64,000 bases of DNA from Zygnema circumcarinatum SAG 698-1b (lineage: Eukaryota > Plantae > Zygnematophyceae). The notes under the pieces are model-generated. The model searched no databases. It was given only the letters and a program-made list of their open reading frames with translations, and was not told where the DNA came from. Below are positions 1 to 19,428 of this stretch, piece after piece (the first letter of the stretch is position 1; each line of letters begins with the position of its first letter). Where the stretch lies: the NCBI GenBank assembly GCA_037447605.1, contig CM074817.1:868001-932000 (forward strand). The letters are read 5' to 3'. The translations under genes were made by a program, and so were the position numbers.

Positions 1-100
1 CTAAATTTTTTTTTTTGAGGAAAAGAAATATCTGCCTGCCCGAATCCGCTCGGAGCGGAAGATCCGTCCGCCACGAGATCGTTCGCGGGTGTCCGTCCTT

Positions 101-532
101 CACACGTGTGTGTCAATCGCAGCTGTCGATTCCCTCGCAGATCGCACCACTGCATATCACCTTTCGATCTGCAGCCGGGCTCGATCTCAGCGAATGGAAA
201 GCGCCCACGAGTCCCGCCAAAGCCCGATCGCACGTGCGAGTGCGCGCGTCCCTCGGCCCGAGATCTCGTTCATTGTCAGCTCTCAGCCAATCAACATTTG
301 CCACGTGTTACATTTTTGACGTGGAAATTTTTGATTGGTCTAAATGTACGAAATTTTGGGTTTCTCAAGTTGCGACCGTACGCCATTTGTACGGACAAGC
401 TTTTGAGACGAGTTTGGCGGGATACGTGGGCAAGTGCCATTCGCTGTGACCGAGCCCGGCTGCAGATCAAATAGTGATCTGCCGTGTTGCGATCTGCGAG
501 GGAATCGACGGCTGCGATTGACCGCACGCGTG
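101..532. mobile_element. Foldback / MITE-like element with ~120-bp inverted arms
   Basis: 101..221 (cacacgtgtgtgtcaatcgcagctgtcgattccctcgcagatcgc...cccgccaaa) is the reverse complement of 413..532 with scattered mismatches. This is why ORFs 89..319(+) and 291..527(-) share SIAAVDSLADR...ICSRARSQRM. No coding capacity and no TSD identified. Confidence 0.55.
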
Positions 533-1207
533 AAAAAAATTCAGGTAGGTGGGATATTCAAAATGGGGTGACGGGTTATCATTTTCCTTGTTTCGCAAAA
601 ATAAAATCTGCCGATGGAGGGTGGGTATCGATTCCAAAAAGGTGTGAAAAAGCATTTTCCGTTTTTAATCCTTTTTGAAATCTGCCCGGCCGGGAAGGGG
701 TGTTTGGATCCAAAAAAGGGGTGGAAATATCACTACCCGTTTTGGCGTGGCTGCATGCGCAAAACGTGCACCAGCGACAGAACCGAATCTGATACGCTAG
801 CTGCTTCCCAGATTTTATTGTGTCCGTACCCTCTGTGTCTTGCAAAGGATGTGCCCTTAGCCTATATCCCACCGCCCTTAGTAAGTGTTGGGGGCACGGG
901 GTACGTGCCCCTCGTCACGTCACGTCGCGAAGTAGGCTGTCAGAGCCGTGACTTGACGTGACATGACACTTCCTTCCAATTTTTCTCCTTCCGCAAGCAG
1001 ACTAGTGCGGCCGTACGCTTCGCACGTGGGAGTCTTACCGTAAGGCAGGGTCACGGAGGGACACGGAGGGGCACGAAGGGGCATGTGCCCCTCCAAGCCC
1101 CTCAGGCCGTGCCTGCAACACACCCCAGAAAAGCCCCTCTCCCGCCATTGCTCCGGCGGCTCGCCACAAAACCCTCAACCCTAACAAGCGCCCTCGGGTG
1201 GTTGAGG

Positions 1208-3016
1208 ATGAAGCCGGCGGGCGCGAGGGCGACGCGCGTGCGGGCATGGGTGCTACCCGTGATGTTGGGGGCGTGCGTGGCCATGGTCGTGCTGCTGGTG
1301 GGCACGTACATCGGCCTGCCGTACGCCTGCGAGGAGCACGGAGGGAAGATGTCCATGGCGGCGATGATGAGGGGGAAGGGAGGGGGAGCGAAGGTGCCGG
1401 TGATCGCGTACCTGCTGACAGGTGTGGGGAGGAGGGGGGGAGGGAGNNNNNNNNNNGGGTGGTGGGGAGGAGTGGAAGAATGGGGGAAAGAACGGCGATC
1501 GACAGAGAGAGGGAGGAATGTGGGAGGGGGAGGGGAGGTGGGGCTGGAGAGGGGTGGAGCAACGAGTTGGAAATTCCCGTGTCTCCCTCTCTCATCTCCT
1601 TCGCTCTCGCTCTCGCTCTCGCTCTCTCTCTCTGTCTCTTTTCCTTTCCTCCACGACATCACTCTCTCTTTTCCGACTCTCTCCCTCCGCCACTCCCTCT
1701 CCCTTTTTCGACCTCCCTCTGCCTCTCCTACCTCCCGCTCCCTCTCCCCCTCTCCTTCACCTCGTCGTCTCTGATCCGCCTCCTTGCCCTCTTTGATCCC
1801 CTATTTCCCACCCTCTTCGATTTCTTTCCTCCTCCACTCCCTCTCCCTCTCCCTCTCGCTAAACCCTAAATTCCTTACTGGTATCTCCCTTTATGCCCCT
1901 GCATACCCTAGCACATCTCTCGAGAAAGAAAGCCCAAACTTTCCATTCTCACACTCTTTTCAGGAAGTAATGGAGATGGGAAACGTCTCAAACGTCTCCT
2001 TTTTGCTATCTATCATCCTCGGAACGAGTATCTCCTTCACTTGGATAAAAGCTGCTCCGAGAAAGAACGCAGGCAGCTCGATGACTTTGTTCAAAGCGAT
2101 CCAACTTTTGCGGCAGTTGGAAATGTGAAAGTTGTTCCCATTCCGAACCTTGTCACCTACAAGGGCCCAACCATGACTTCCACATACCTTCATGGAATGG
2201 CAATTTTGCTCCGACAACGCACAGATTGGGATTGGTTTATTAATCTCAGTGCCTCAGATTACCCACTTCTTACTCAAGATGGTACTTTATTTTACTTTTA
2301 AAATTCTTTCATGTGCTCGATCAGTCAATTCCAATGCTTTGCTATATTTGCTACTCTCCTCCTCCCTCTCCCCCTCTCTCCTCCCTCCTTTCTGCTTCTG
2401 CCGTCCTCTTCTTCCCCTCCTTGCTCGCTTCCTTTCTTTCTGTCTATTTTGACACTTGTCTTTTCTCTCTCTCTCTTCTTTCCTCCTCCTCCTCTTTCGT
2501 ACTCCTTTCTTTTTTTCCCCTTCCTCTTTCCCATTGTCTTGTCTTTCCTTTTTTCCTCTCCCTTTCCTTTTTCGACTTCCTCTCTCTCCATCCTTTTTCC
2601 TCTCTCTCTTTTTCCACTTTTCTCTTCTTTCCTCTCTCTTCTTCCTCTCCCTCATCTTCCTGTCGCCTTCCAATCTCTTTGTCCTCTCCCTTCGTTCACT
2701 CTCCTCTCTCGACTCTCTCCCTTTACTCTCTCCTCGTCTTCCCTGTCTGCTTTCCCATCTCCTTTTCTTTCTCGTTAACCTTCCCTTCGAACTTCTCCCT
2801 TCTCTTCCTCGTTTACTTCTTTCCTCTGTTTCCCTCCCTTTTCTTGAATTTGGATTCTTGGAAGGGACGTTTTATCTAATTCCAAGAAAACTTGAGGGAA
2901 AGCAGATTTTCTTCTTGGCCTTTCTTCTCTTCCAAGGGAGCTCAATTTCATACGCCACACGGGAGCCCTGGGGTGGAAAGAGTAGGCACCCCCCCACCCC
3001 CTCCCAGAGAGAGAGA

Positions 3017-3059
<43 letters not shown>

Positions 3060-3495
3060 TGCGTGAACGAGAGAGAGGCGCCCTTTTGTTCCATTTTTTC
3101 GCTCCATTTTATGTTATTTTCCGGCCCTTTTATCACTCATTTTTAGCCGAATTCGCAGGTTAGGGCATATAGCCAAAGCAGTTTACTTTAAAAAAATCTC
3201 GGTGAATAATCAGGCCTAATTTGTTCTCTTTTGAGGGACAGAAAAGAAAGGGCGCTGCCAATGATTGTCGATCCGGCTCTTTACAGCGAAAAAAAGTCCG
3301 ACCTTTTTTTCCAATGCACCAACCGTACAACCCCAACATCCTTCAAACTCTTCCATGGTAAGTCATCAAAGAGAGACACAGAGAGAGAGGGAATGAGAGA
3401 GAGGGAGAGAGATGCTGATGTGGGCTAACTTTATTAATCCAATCAACAAGTGGAGGTGCTCGGAGACTGCAGGATGGCCTTCTCCTTAGCATCAG

Positions 3496-3585
<90 letters not shown>

Positions 3586-4817
3586 TGTTGGAAGTCCTTT
3601 GTTGTGGTTGTTGCTGTTTGTTTTTTGGAAGCATCGTAACTTTGTTCCTTGTATGCATGCAGGGGAAGCATGGGTGGTTTTATCTCGTGCTTTTTCAGAG
3701 TACACAATATGGGGATATGACAACCTGCCGCGGCTTGCGTTGATGTATTACACCAACTTTGTGAGCTCCCCCGAAGGTTACTTCCACACCGTCATCTGCA
3801 ACTCGGAGGAGTTTCGAACCACAGTTGTGAACAACGACTTGCGGTACATCCAATGGACAGGCGGACAGGTCTATATGCAACCCCCNNNNNNNNNNTCCCT
3901 CTCTCTTACTTGTTAATCACTTATCATCTTATGAGCGGTTGATTGATTTGATTTGATGTGATTTGATTTGTTTTGTTTTGATTTGATTGAATTTTTTTAT
4001 TCTTCGTTGTTTTGATGGACTTTTTGAGGAATTTTTTCAGATATTGTTGCTTGTGGCTTTTGTTGGGGAGGGGTCTGCAGCATCCGGACACTTTGACAGA
4101 GGACCATTTCGACGATTTTGTGGCGTCAGGAGACGTGTTTGGGAGAAAATTTGGAAAAATTTCCCCTGTTTTGGACAAAATTGACATGTGAGCTGTTCGA
4201 CGGGTTTCTGTTTGTGATCGATGACTGACCAGGGACTGAATTTGGTCAGAAATTGAAATGGCACCCTAAAAGCACATCTTGAAATCGCAATTTTTTAGTT
4301 CAAAAGAAAGCCGAAACTGGAATCCAAATCCTATAAGCTCACTTTTTAAGTGTTAGAAGAGAGCAGGCGCCGCACTTGAAACCCTAAAGAAGTTTTTTCA
4401 AATGCTAATCTTCAACTGCTAAGGAGGATAGACCGTAGATTCTTTATCTTCAAAACTGCCTCGATAAACACCACTCTCCATTTGTCTCTGTGTGTATGTC
4501 TACAGAAATCTATTTCGTTTTTTTTTTTTTTAATGCACTGCAATATGCAGATAAACAACATACATCACATGCATGTTTATCATAAGTCTTAATTTGTTTG
4601 ATTACTTTTTTTCAGGGAAGTTTTGTCCCGGAGACCGGGCTACTTCACTCCCGGAGGGTGGTGCAGAGGGAAGGAGGACGGAGTGAACGACCCGTGCAGG
4701 ACCATTGGGGACATTTCCAAATTGGTGCCAACCGATGGCGTGAAGCGCTTCGAGGAGCATCTCGTCAGCGTTTTGGAGCCCAAAACCTTCCGAGATCGGC
4801 AATGCGCTAACGTTTGA
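1208..4817 (+). CDS. GlcAT14: Core-2/I-branching GT14 family glycosyltransferase (beta-glucuronosyltransferase GlcAT14-like), 7 exons, 412 aa
   Basis: Exons 1208-1421, 1964-2281, 2906-2981, 3242-3357, 3663-3868, 4081-4187 and 4616-4817 have GT-AG ends and sum to 1239 nt with no internal stop. N-terminal TM anchor, then IAYLLTGSNGDGKRLKRLLFAIYHPRNEYLLHLD, WDWFINLSASDYPLLTQD, LPRELNFIRHT, WVVLSRAFSEY, SSPEGYFHTVICNS, FGRKF and FTPGGWC. Two introns contain 10-N gaps. Confidence 0.93.
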
Positions 4818-4959
4818 TTGTTGTACCATCCATTGGTAGGGAAGGAGGGGAGGAATTGGCTGGGAGGGAGAGCCACAGAGCGTTCCATGTTAAGAGAGTG
4901 GAACGAAGTTGAGTAGTTTCGTGTCAAGTGATTGTTAGGTAGGAGTTTATGCAGATTAG

Positions 4960-5680
4960 TCAGAGGGAGGTGAGGGAGGGGAGGGAGGGGGGGAGGGAGG
5001 GAGGAGAGGGATGGGAGGGAAGAAAGGGAGGTGAGGGAAGGGAGGAAGGGAGGGATGGGAGGGAGGGGAGGGAGGGAGGGAGGGAGGGAGGGAGCGAGGG
5101 AGGGAGGGAGGGAGGGGAGGGGGAAGAGGATGGGAGGGAAGGAGGTGCGGGAGGAGGGAGGTGGGAGGAGAGTAGGGTTTTTGCTAAATGTGCTACTTTC
5201 AGGGTTTTGTAAAGAATTCTTCAAGGGGCAGATAGGGAATTTTAACTAGTCAAGGCCTTAGTTTTAATTTATTGGACGAACGTGTCCATTCATTTGTTTT
5301 TTTAGGATAATTTCGCAGAAAAAATGTTTTCTCGAGTCAGAAAAAAACCTCTTTTCGGAATAGGAAGAGGGGGAGAGAAGGAGAAAAGGAGAGGTGTAGG
5401 GGAGAAAGAGAGGCAGAGGGAGGGGGAGGGAGAGAGGACGAGGGGGGGAAAGAGGGAAAGAGAGCGAGGGAGAGGGACGGGTAGGGAGGGATAAAGGGAG
5501 AGGGAGAGGGAGGGAAGAAGGGTACGGAGGTAGCGCGAGGGACCGAGAGAGACAGAGGGGGCCAACGAACAAAGGAGCGAAAGGGAAACGGGTGGTCGAG
5601 TGGGAGTGGGAGGAAGAGTGGGAGAGGGAAAGTGACAGGGAGAGGGAGAGGGGGGGGCAAAAGGGCGGGAGAGGATGCAG
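4960..5680. repeat. Purine-rich (GGA/GA) low-complexity tracts
   Basis: Near-pure A/G runs at 4960-5170 and 5360-5680; source of spurious R/E/G and P/S/L ORFs. Confidence 0.85.
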
Positions 5681-5939
5681 TTTATTGTCCTGAAATTCAA
5701 CTCAAAAGTAATAAATTCTTCCAACTAGCACGATCTACATTACACCTCTACAATTCATTAATACTCGAGTCCTGATCGATACTTTGAACACCCCGTAGCC
5801 CTAAATGTCCTAAAAATTACAAACTCCAATCTTTTTTTTAACATACATCTCTATGTTCCTCGTTGGTCCCTTCTCTCCAACGGTTGACTTCCTTCGATTG
5901 GACGCAGAAAAAACCAAAATTTAAGCCCATAAGCCCAAT

Positions 5940-12003
<6,064 letters not shown>

Positions 12004-12179
12004 CTACATGTGTCAATGGGAACGTACAGTTGAACGGAAAAGGAAATACATGGAACAGGCATGGAAATGCGTATAGCGGTTGTTCGATAATTTGGAAAGA
12101 TGGAAAGGAGGGATGGTTGAGTTGTTTGGGATGGATGTGGGAGGAGTTTGGGAGAGGAGGGTGTGGGAGAAGTGAGGGA

Positions 12180-12570
12180 GAGGGTTTGGGAGAGGATGTG
12201 GGATGTGATGTAGAGAGTGCGGAAGAGGGTGTGAGGGAGAGGGTGCGGGAAAGGGTGTGAGGGAGAGGGTGCGGGAGAGGATCTGAGGGAGAGGGTGCGG
12301 GAGAGGAGGTGCGGGAGAGGAGGTGCGGGAGAGGATGTGCGGGAGAGGGTGTGGGAGAGGGTGTGAGGGTGCGGGAGGGGATGTGCGGGAGAGGGTGCGG
12401 GAGAGGGAAAGAGTGAGAGGGTGCGGGAGAGGGAAAGAGTGAGAGGGTGCGGGAGAGGATGTGAGGGAGAGGGTGCGGGAGAGGGAAAGAGTGAGAGGGT
12501 GCGGGAGAGGATGTGAGGGAGAGGGTGCGGAGAGGGTGTGAGGGAGAGGATGGGAGAGAGGAGAGGGGAA
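12180..12570. repeat. GTGCGGGAGAGG-based minisatellite
   Basis: Repeated gtgcgggagagg(g) units with a recurring gagggaaagagtgagagggtgcggga block. Confidence 0.8.
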
Positions 12571-13489
12571 AGAGTGAAGCTGAGAGGAGCATCAGAGAGA
12601 GGAGAGGGGAGAAGCGCGCGAACAAGTAATGGAAGAGAAGAGGGAGAGAACCTGAACCCTAAACCCTAAAAACTCTCTTAGAAACCTTGCAAACCCTAAA
12701 AACGGTGAACTGCAGCACATGGAACAGCGGGGACCCGTCCTCTCACCGTAGCCGTTTCCTTTGTTTCCGCTCGTGCCGCCACGGTGGACTTCCGCGTCAA
12801 TCGCAGAGCGCCACGTGGCAGGCCAAATACGACACCGACGTCCTTCCGAGAAGCTTCCTGGAGGGTCGACAGCGAATAGCAGAGCGACACGTGGTACGTC
12901 GCACGTGCAGAAGACAGCTGTCGCCCAGAAGCGGACGATGCTGACGTGAACGTTCCGACAGCGAGTGACAGGGAAGCCATGTGGCAGCCTGTCAGCGTTG
13001 CCATCTGTCGCTCTGAGAGAACGCCACGTGTTCAAAAATACCGCATCGTTCACTTTCAGGGGCTTTTTGTTTTAAAGAGCCCTGGTGGTCGGCCAATGAC
13101 GAGATCCAATTACCTCATGCCACGTATTCAAATTATACACGTGTCTGATTTCCATTGGCCGTAAAACTTATTGTCACAGAGCCACGTACGGAGAATTAGA
13201 ACTACGAACTACGAACTGAAGCCATCCGTACAGATTGCGTACGAATATTATGAGTTGCAAATTTACAAAAACAAAGTAACAGATTTAAGGACGACAGTTT
13301 TTTTAAACCCAAAAGGGATAGTTCCATGGTTCAATTTTAATTTTTGAAATGGTTGAAAGAAATCTGAAAGTTGCAAACTGAGCCGGTTTGCAACCTGCGA
13401 ACCCAGGTTTGCAGCTCCTGCTGAACTTACAACCGTGCGGGGCGGCGGTTGGACCGCGAATGGAAAAGGAATACTGGCGCCAATGAGAG

Positions 13490-13570
13490 TCAAGTCAAGT
13501 CAAGTCAAGTCAAGTCAAGTCAAGCCAAGTCATGCCAGGTCAATTCACGTCACGTCACGTCACGTCGCGC
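13490..13570. repeat. Adjacent pentamer arrays (CAAGT)n and (CACGT)n
   Basis: gtcaagtcaagtcaagtcaag... is followed by tcacgtcacgtcacgtcacgtcg. Confidence 0.85.
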
Positions 13571-14870
13571 GTGGAAAGGATGAAGCTTGAGATCAATGCC
13601 ACATCCCTTTACAAGCGCGTACACGTGGAAGTGCGGCGTTTGATGTGCTACGTGGCGGCGATTGGTTGGTTGTCAAAGATTTCTGCTCGTTCCACCCCAT
13701 TTCTACCCCATTTTCTATTCGGGTACAAAGCTAGGGGCTTCCCCCCCCCCCCTCTCCCCCAAAAACGGGCCCTTGGGGGCTTTTTGGCAGTCGGGTGGGA
13801 AATTCGACAACAAGTACGACAAGGAAGATCCAGTTAGAGCGTAACTGTAAAACTGAGAGCTGCGAACGGAGAAGAACTGCTCTGACATAGAGAGATTCGT
13901 CTCTCTCGTCTGATATCGTGATGCGGATCGTTTCATGATCCTCGATTGCGTGGCGAAGGTAACCCCGAGGTGGATCTGGATCAATGGGAACCACTACAAT
14001 TCTAAAGCTCTCAAACTTATCCGATTCTCTCCACTTCCAGATCCACCATATCCGATTTTTTCGTTTTCCAGATCTCCAATTTCGCTATTAAGATCCGAAT
14101 CTTTCCATTTCTAGATTTGACGTATCAAATCCTTTCCACCCCCAGATCGTTCGTACCATTCCGCGTCAGTGCAACGTGTCATTCTTAAATCGCACCACCT
14201 GTCATGTATTGGGAGGAGAGGGCGTCCTCCGTACATATTGTACGGACACGTGACGCGTCAGAGCCCCTTGAGAAGGTGCCGGCGGGGCCGCAACCGCCCG
14301 CGGAAGCCGCGAGCGAGGACCGGTCCATGGGGACTGTGGGCGGGGGGGTGCAACGGAACGGGAACGGGAACTGAAACTGGAGGAGCGTTGGAGGGTGTGG
14401 AGGAGTCCGCCATTTCCGAGGGGAGGACAGGAGGCGTGCTGTGAAGGCGATCGCTGGGAGGGAGAGGAGGGAGAGGTGGAGAGGGAGAGGAGGAGGAGGG
14501 GAGGGAGGAAAGGAGGGAGAGGAGGGAGAGGGGGGAGGGAGAGGAGGGAGAGGGGGAGAGGGAGGGGGGGGGGGAGGGGGGAGGTGAAAGGGGAGGAGGG
14601 AGAGGGGGGGAGGGAGGGAGAGTGGGGGAGGGAGGGAGAGGAGGGGGAGGGGGGGAAGAAGGGGGAGGGGGGGAAGAAGGGGGAGGGGGAGGGGGAGGGG
14701 AAGGGGGAGGGAGTGGAGGAGAGGAGGGAAGGAGGGACGGAGTGTTGGAGAGGAGGGAGGGAGCTTGAAAAGAGATTAGATAGATTTAAATCATATTTTG
14801 AGTAGTAGGGTGACGACGGAAGTGGGAGGAGGTGAGAGTGGGAGAAAAAGAGGGGAAGAGAGAGAGAGAG

Positions 14871-17000
14871 ATGGAAGACTGTGTTGCGGGAGAGTTCGAT
14901 GGAGAGAAGGGACGCAGAAAGCGACAGCTGTCGCAGTCGGGAGGGAGAGTGCGAGAGGAGAATAGGGAGAGCGAGAGAAAGAAGAGGGTGAAGCTCCGAT
15001 CTCTGAGTGAGATCCTTTTGAAGTGCGAGAGAGTGGAGCTTCCGGATGGAGGCCATGGCGGATTTGGAGAAGGGGAGGGACCGGAGTTGGGGGAAGTGGG
15101 AGGTGAGGAGCTGATGGGAGAGGGGGAAGGAGGGGAAAGGGGAAAAGGAGGGAGGCGTAGAATGAGAGGAGGAAGGAGTGGAGGGAAAACATGTAAGGGG
15201 GGAAGTGATGGGAGTGGAAGGAGAGGAGGAGCTGGGTCTCAGAGGGAAGGACGGAAGGTAGAAGGAGATTGGGTGGAGGGAAGAGAAGTGAGAGGGGAAG
15301 GTGGGGGGGTTGGAGGGGTGGGTGAGTTGGGGGTCGGGAAGAGGAGAGGGGGGGGAAGGAACAGTAAGGTGGTTTTGAGGGGTGGGAGGATAGGGGGATG
15401 TGTAGGAAAGAGGTCGAGAGAGAGTGAAACATGTGATGGTGAGGAAGTTCAGGAGGAGAAAGGGATGGAAGGGGATAGTAAAGTGTGGGAGAAGGGAAGT
15501 GAAGAGAGAGAGGGACGATTTATCGTCGAGGAGCAGGAGGGATGGAATGGGAGAGGGGGAGGAGGAGAAAGGGAACGAGAGGAGGTCGGGGTATGGAACA
15601 TCAGTGGAAAGGTAGGGAAGGAGGGGGAGAGTGTAGAAGAAGAGAAGGTTATGCAAGACATGAAGGCAGTGGAGGGAGGAGGAGAGTGGGTGGGAGAGGT
15701 TGAAAGGTTGGAAGAAGACCGAGTGTTGGACTTGAAGAAGACATTGGCAGCACTTATGGGTTTGAAAGATGTGGAAATTGATGTGATGGGAGAGGCCATG
15801 AAGTGGGATGTGAGAGCGGGGATGAGGGAGGAGGGTGACGGGGGTCTTGAGAAAGTGGGAGAGGGGGAGAGAGAGTTAGTTGACATTGGTGACTGGAAAG
15901 GAAGAGGTCAGCAAAAGAACATATTGGAGAATGGTGGGAATAGGAAGGACGAGAGAGAGGAGCGGGTAGATGGGGCGGTGGAGGATGGAGAACGAGGAGG
16001 TGGTATAGGAAAATGTGGAAAGGGAGCGCCGAGAAAGTGGACGGGAGAGAGTGATTATAGCAATGCGAGAGTGGGAGGAGGGGCAAGAAAAGAGCGAAAA
16101 ATGTGTGTCAGAGGAAAGACACAATCTGGTGGAATGGAAACTTGTGAGACAAATATGGGTATTGAACATGTGACGAATAACAAGGTGGGAAATAAGGGAG
16201 AAAGCTCTCCTCGGAATGTTGAGGGGACATCTATGGAAGAAAGTGAAGTGCTCACACACAGTGGTCGAGACAGTTGTAAAGGGTTAAATGGAGGTTGGAG
16301 GGAGAAGGAGAGGGAGGGCGAGAGGGAGAAGGAGGAGGAGAGGGAGAGAGAGAGATCTGGACGAGCACGTTCACTTAGAGTAAGTGTAAGAGCCGGACGG
16401 GGGACCGTTCGGCATGAGAAGAAGAAAGAGCTGAGAGGGTTCAAAGAAGAGAAGGCATCCGAATTTACTGATTTTACCGCTGTTCCGTTGACTGTAAAAC
16501 TGGGAACGGAAAGTTTAATGTCGGAGTTTCATGCTCGTGAGGAATGTGAGTATCAAGGGGAAGAGTATGAGAGTGCTGTGACGTCACTTGTGGGGAATGA
16601 AGGTGATCAAGGGCATGTTCCATGGATCCGTGGGGTTGTACGGAAACGGAGATCAACTCGTGTGGAATCAGAACATGGAACGCGGCCCGAGAATCCAAGA
16701 ATTCAAGAAAAGTGTTGCAATGTACCTATGGATGTGAAGGTGAAATGTGGGTCCGTTTCACAGACTACGGAAACGGTAACGGAGCACAGAAACAGCGCTA
16801 TTGGAAAAGGGGGAGGTCAGCATAATGGACTCAGTCGGAGAAAGAAAGTCAGCAAATGCATGCAACAATTGCGACCTACGCTCATAAAGAAGATTTCCGT
16901 ATACAGAGATGGAGTTTCCGTATTGAATCCTAATTCCGCTGTACAGAAAGGCCAGTTTCCGGAGAATTTTATTTTCCCTAACATAAACAGCACATTGTGA
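14871..17000 (+). CDS. Long G/E/R-rich ORF of unknown function (~710 aa from first ATG); possibly the large exon of a spliced gene continuing to ~18000
   Basis: Uninterrupted 2.1-kb frame, much of it non-repetitive sequence, with basic clusters RRKRQ, RKKRVK and RRKK. Downstream candidate exons ending 17128, 17507-17582 and starting 17718 are phase-compatible with each other, but I could not link them to the ORF. Confidence 0.55.
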   Translation: MEDCVAGEFDGEKGRRKRQLSQSGGRVREENRESERKKRVKLRSLSEILLKCERVELPDGGHGGFGEGEGPELGEVGGEELMGEGEGGERGKGGRRRMRGGRSGGKTCKGGSDGSGRRGGAGSQREGRKVEGDWVEGREVRGEGGGVGGVGELGVGKRRGGGRNSKVVLRGGRIGGCVGKRSRESETCDGEEVQEEKGMEGDSKVWEKGSEEREGRFIVEEQEGWNGRGGGGEREREEVGVWNISGKVGKEGESVEEEKVMQDMKAVEGGGEWVGEVERLEEDRVLDLKKTLAALMGLKDVEIDVMGEAMKWDVRAGMREEGDGGLEKVGEGERELVDIGDWKGRGQQKNILENGGNRKDEREERVDGAVEDGERGGGIGKCGKGAPRKWTGESDYSNARVGGGARKERKMCVRGKTQSGGMETCETNMGIEHVTNNKVGNKGESSPRNVEGTSMEESEVLTHSGRDSCKGLNGGWREKEREGEREKEEERERERSGRARSLRVSVRAGRGTVRHEKKKELRGFKEEKASEFTDFTAVPLTVKLGTESLMSEFHAREECEYQGEEYESAVTSLVGNEGDQGHVPWIRGVVRKRRSTRVESEHGTRPENPRIQEKCCNVPMDVKVKCGSVSQTTETVTEHRNSAIGKGGGQHNGLSRRKKVSKCMQQLRPTLIKKISVYRDGVSVLNPNSAVQKGQFPENFIFPNINSTL

Positions 17001-17146
17001 AGCATAAAAGTGCTGGTCTCTTTCTTCCTTGCACTTTCCTATGGGGACATATTTCGGCGGTCGATACCACCTTCGCGCCTTTCTCTCCGCTCGCACTTGC
17101 AAGAACGCATATGCCAATGCATCCCTCAAGGTACGGTTCGGGGCTC

Positions 17147-17480
<334 letters not shown>

Positions 17481-19428
17481 GAGTGTGTGTTGATGTGTGT
17501 GTACAGGGAATGGCACTATCTGCTTCAAAGGTGGCGGCTATTCATAAAGTCTCGAGAGCAAGCGAGTTAGAGAACTTTACAGGTGTCCCTAAAATCCTTA
17601 GTCTTTTTTGTTTTTTTATGTACGGTAAGAGACTCTTGAAATGCGGCATACGGAAAGTAAGTTGTTGAAAGTACTTTGGGAGAGAGCCTTATCTCTGAGA
17701 GTATTGTATTTTTGTTAGATATAACCGAGCCGTCCATGTATACCTCTTCTTCACAAGTACTTTGTAAAGGAGTGAAGATGCTCGCCTTACTATGTGGCAT
17801 GGAAAATAAAGCAGAAACAAACTCCAATTTTTCACTTTTTTTTGGGCCATCATATGGAGTTTCGGCAGCGCCTTATCAGCGGAACAGCGCACATTGTGAG
17901 TTGATCCATGCGCCCTTGTTCTGCCCTACTTCCGTGATCTATGCGATTTTAGGGTTTTACTTTCTGTTGGGAACTGCGTTTTTGCTTTCATTGTTTCCGG
18001 TAGTGTTTGAGGAAAGGTTGTTTCCGTGCATGTGAAGAAGGTATCTCATGTCCACAGCGCATCGAAATTAGGGTTTAGTTGCGAGTTGAGACAGTAGACT
18101 TCACAAACCAACAGGGCACAGGGATGGAGGGATTGAGGGAGGGGAGGGAGGGGAGGCGGGGGGGTAAGCGGGGAGAGAGAGAGAGAGATATAGAGAGGGA
18201 GAGAGCGAGAGCGGGAGCGAGAGCGAGAGGGAGAGCAAGAGAGAAAGAGCGAGAGTGGGAGAGCGCGAGAGAGAGCGAGAGGGAGAGCGCGAGAGAGGGA
18301 GAGCGAGGGAGCGAGAGGGAGAGGGAGCGAGAGGGAGCGAGAGAGGGAGAGCGCGAGAGAGAGCGAGGGAGAGCGCGAGAGAGGGAGAGTGGGAGCGAGA
18401 GAGGGAGAGGGAGAGCGCGAGAGAGGGAGAGAGGGAGCGAGAGAGGGAGAGCGCGAGAGAGAGTGAGTGGAGGTACAGTAGTTGGCAAGAAGCGAAATAA
18501 AAGCGTATCGAACAAAAACGGAACTGGAACGGAACGCGCATCACCCCGCAGTGAGAGCAAACGGTGGCCAAACACCAGCCAATCGCGGCGCGCCACGTAG
18601 GCATTATGAACATGGGCGAACTGCCATTGGTCAACGTAGCTACAGCGACAGATCTGCCCGCCCGCTCGCGCGCCGGCGAATCATCGACGGCGAAAAATGG
18701 CCAAATTTCGGCCAATGAAAATTGCAGCATGCGAGCTTGTTGCTGACGTGGCCGAGTTCCAGCCACAAAAAAAACAGATTCTTTTTGTGAAGATATTTTT
18801 TTCTTGCCCGAGTCCCTTTCATGACGTCTGCTTTTTTGGCGTTTTTCCATGCCGGGCGACCAATCCTAGTGGCCGTACGTCCTGGCGCTTTCGCCAAAAC
18901 GGCTAACGGTTTTTTGCACGTGTGAAGGACCGTGTGACGACGTCAGCATGCCTGCACCGCTGAAACCATTTGCAAGATAATCGTCCGTCCAACGGCCAAA
19001 CAGTTCTTTGTCATACCGTTACCGTTCCGTTATAGCTCGGTCCGACGCCGTTACCGCTCTGTTATTTCCCGAACAACGGCGACCGTCATTATCCTTGTAT
19101 TCGTACAATTCCGTACAGTTTTGTCATATTCCCTCAGCTTCGAATTCCAGCCTAGTCAACACGTATCCCTCCAACGCCCATGTGCGCGACAAGTGGCATT
19201 CGTACGCTGTCCGTACATGCAACCGCAACGTGTCGTCCCTTCCTCGTCCGACCGACCAGACCCTGCTTTTGCACTCGCCGCGTGTCTCTACCGTTCTGCC
19301 TTATAAAGAACTAAAGTACATTCCGTACATCCCGTACATCCCTGAACCCTGCCCCCCCCCGCCCTGAACCCCCCCCTCCCGGCCCCGCCAACCGTTGGCA
19401 CGGCCAACGGCACGTGCCACGTGTCGCA

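Noticed and set aside
1860-1963. In-frame PKLSILTLFSG upstream of GT14 exon 2 as an alternative N-terminus
   Set aside because: An in-frame TAG lies just upstream (~1900) with no ATG after it; the spliced exon 1 gives the better family match and the TM anchor.
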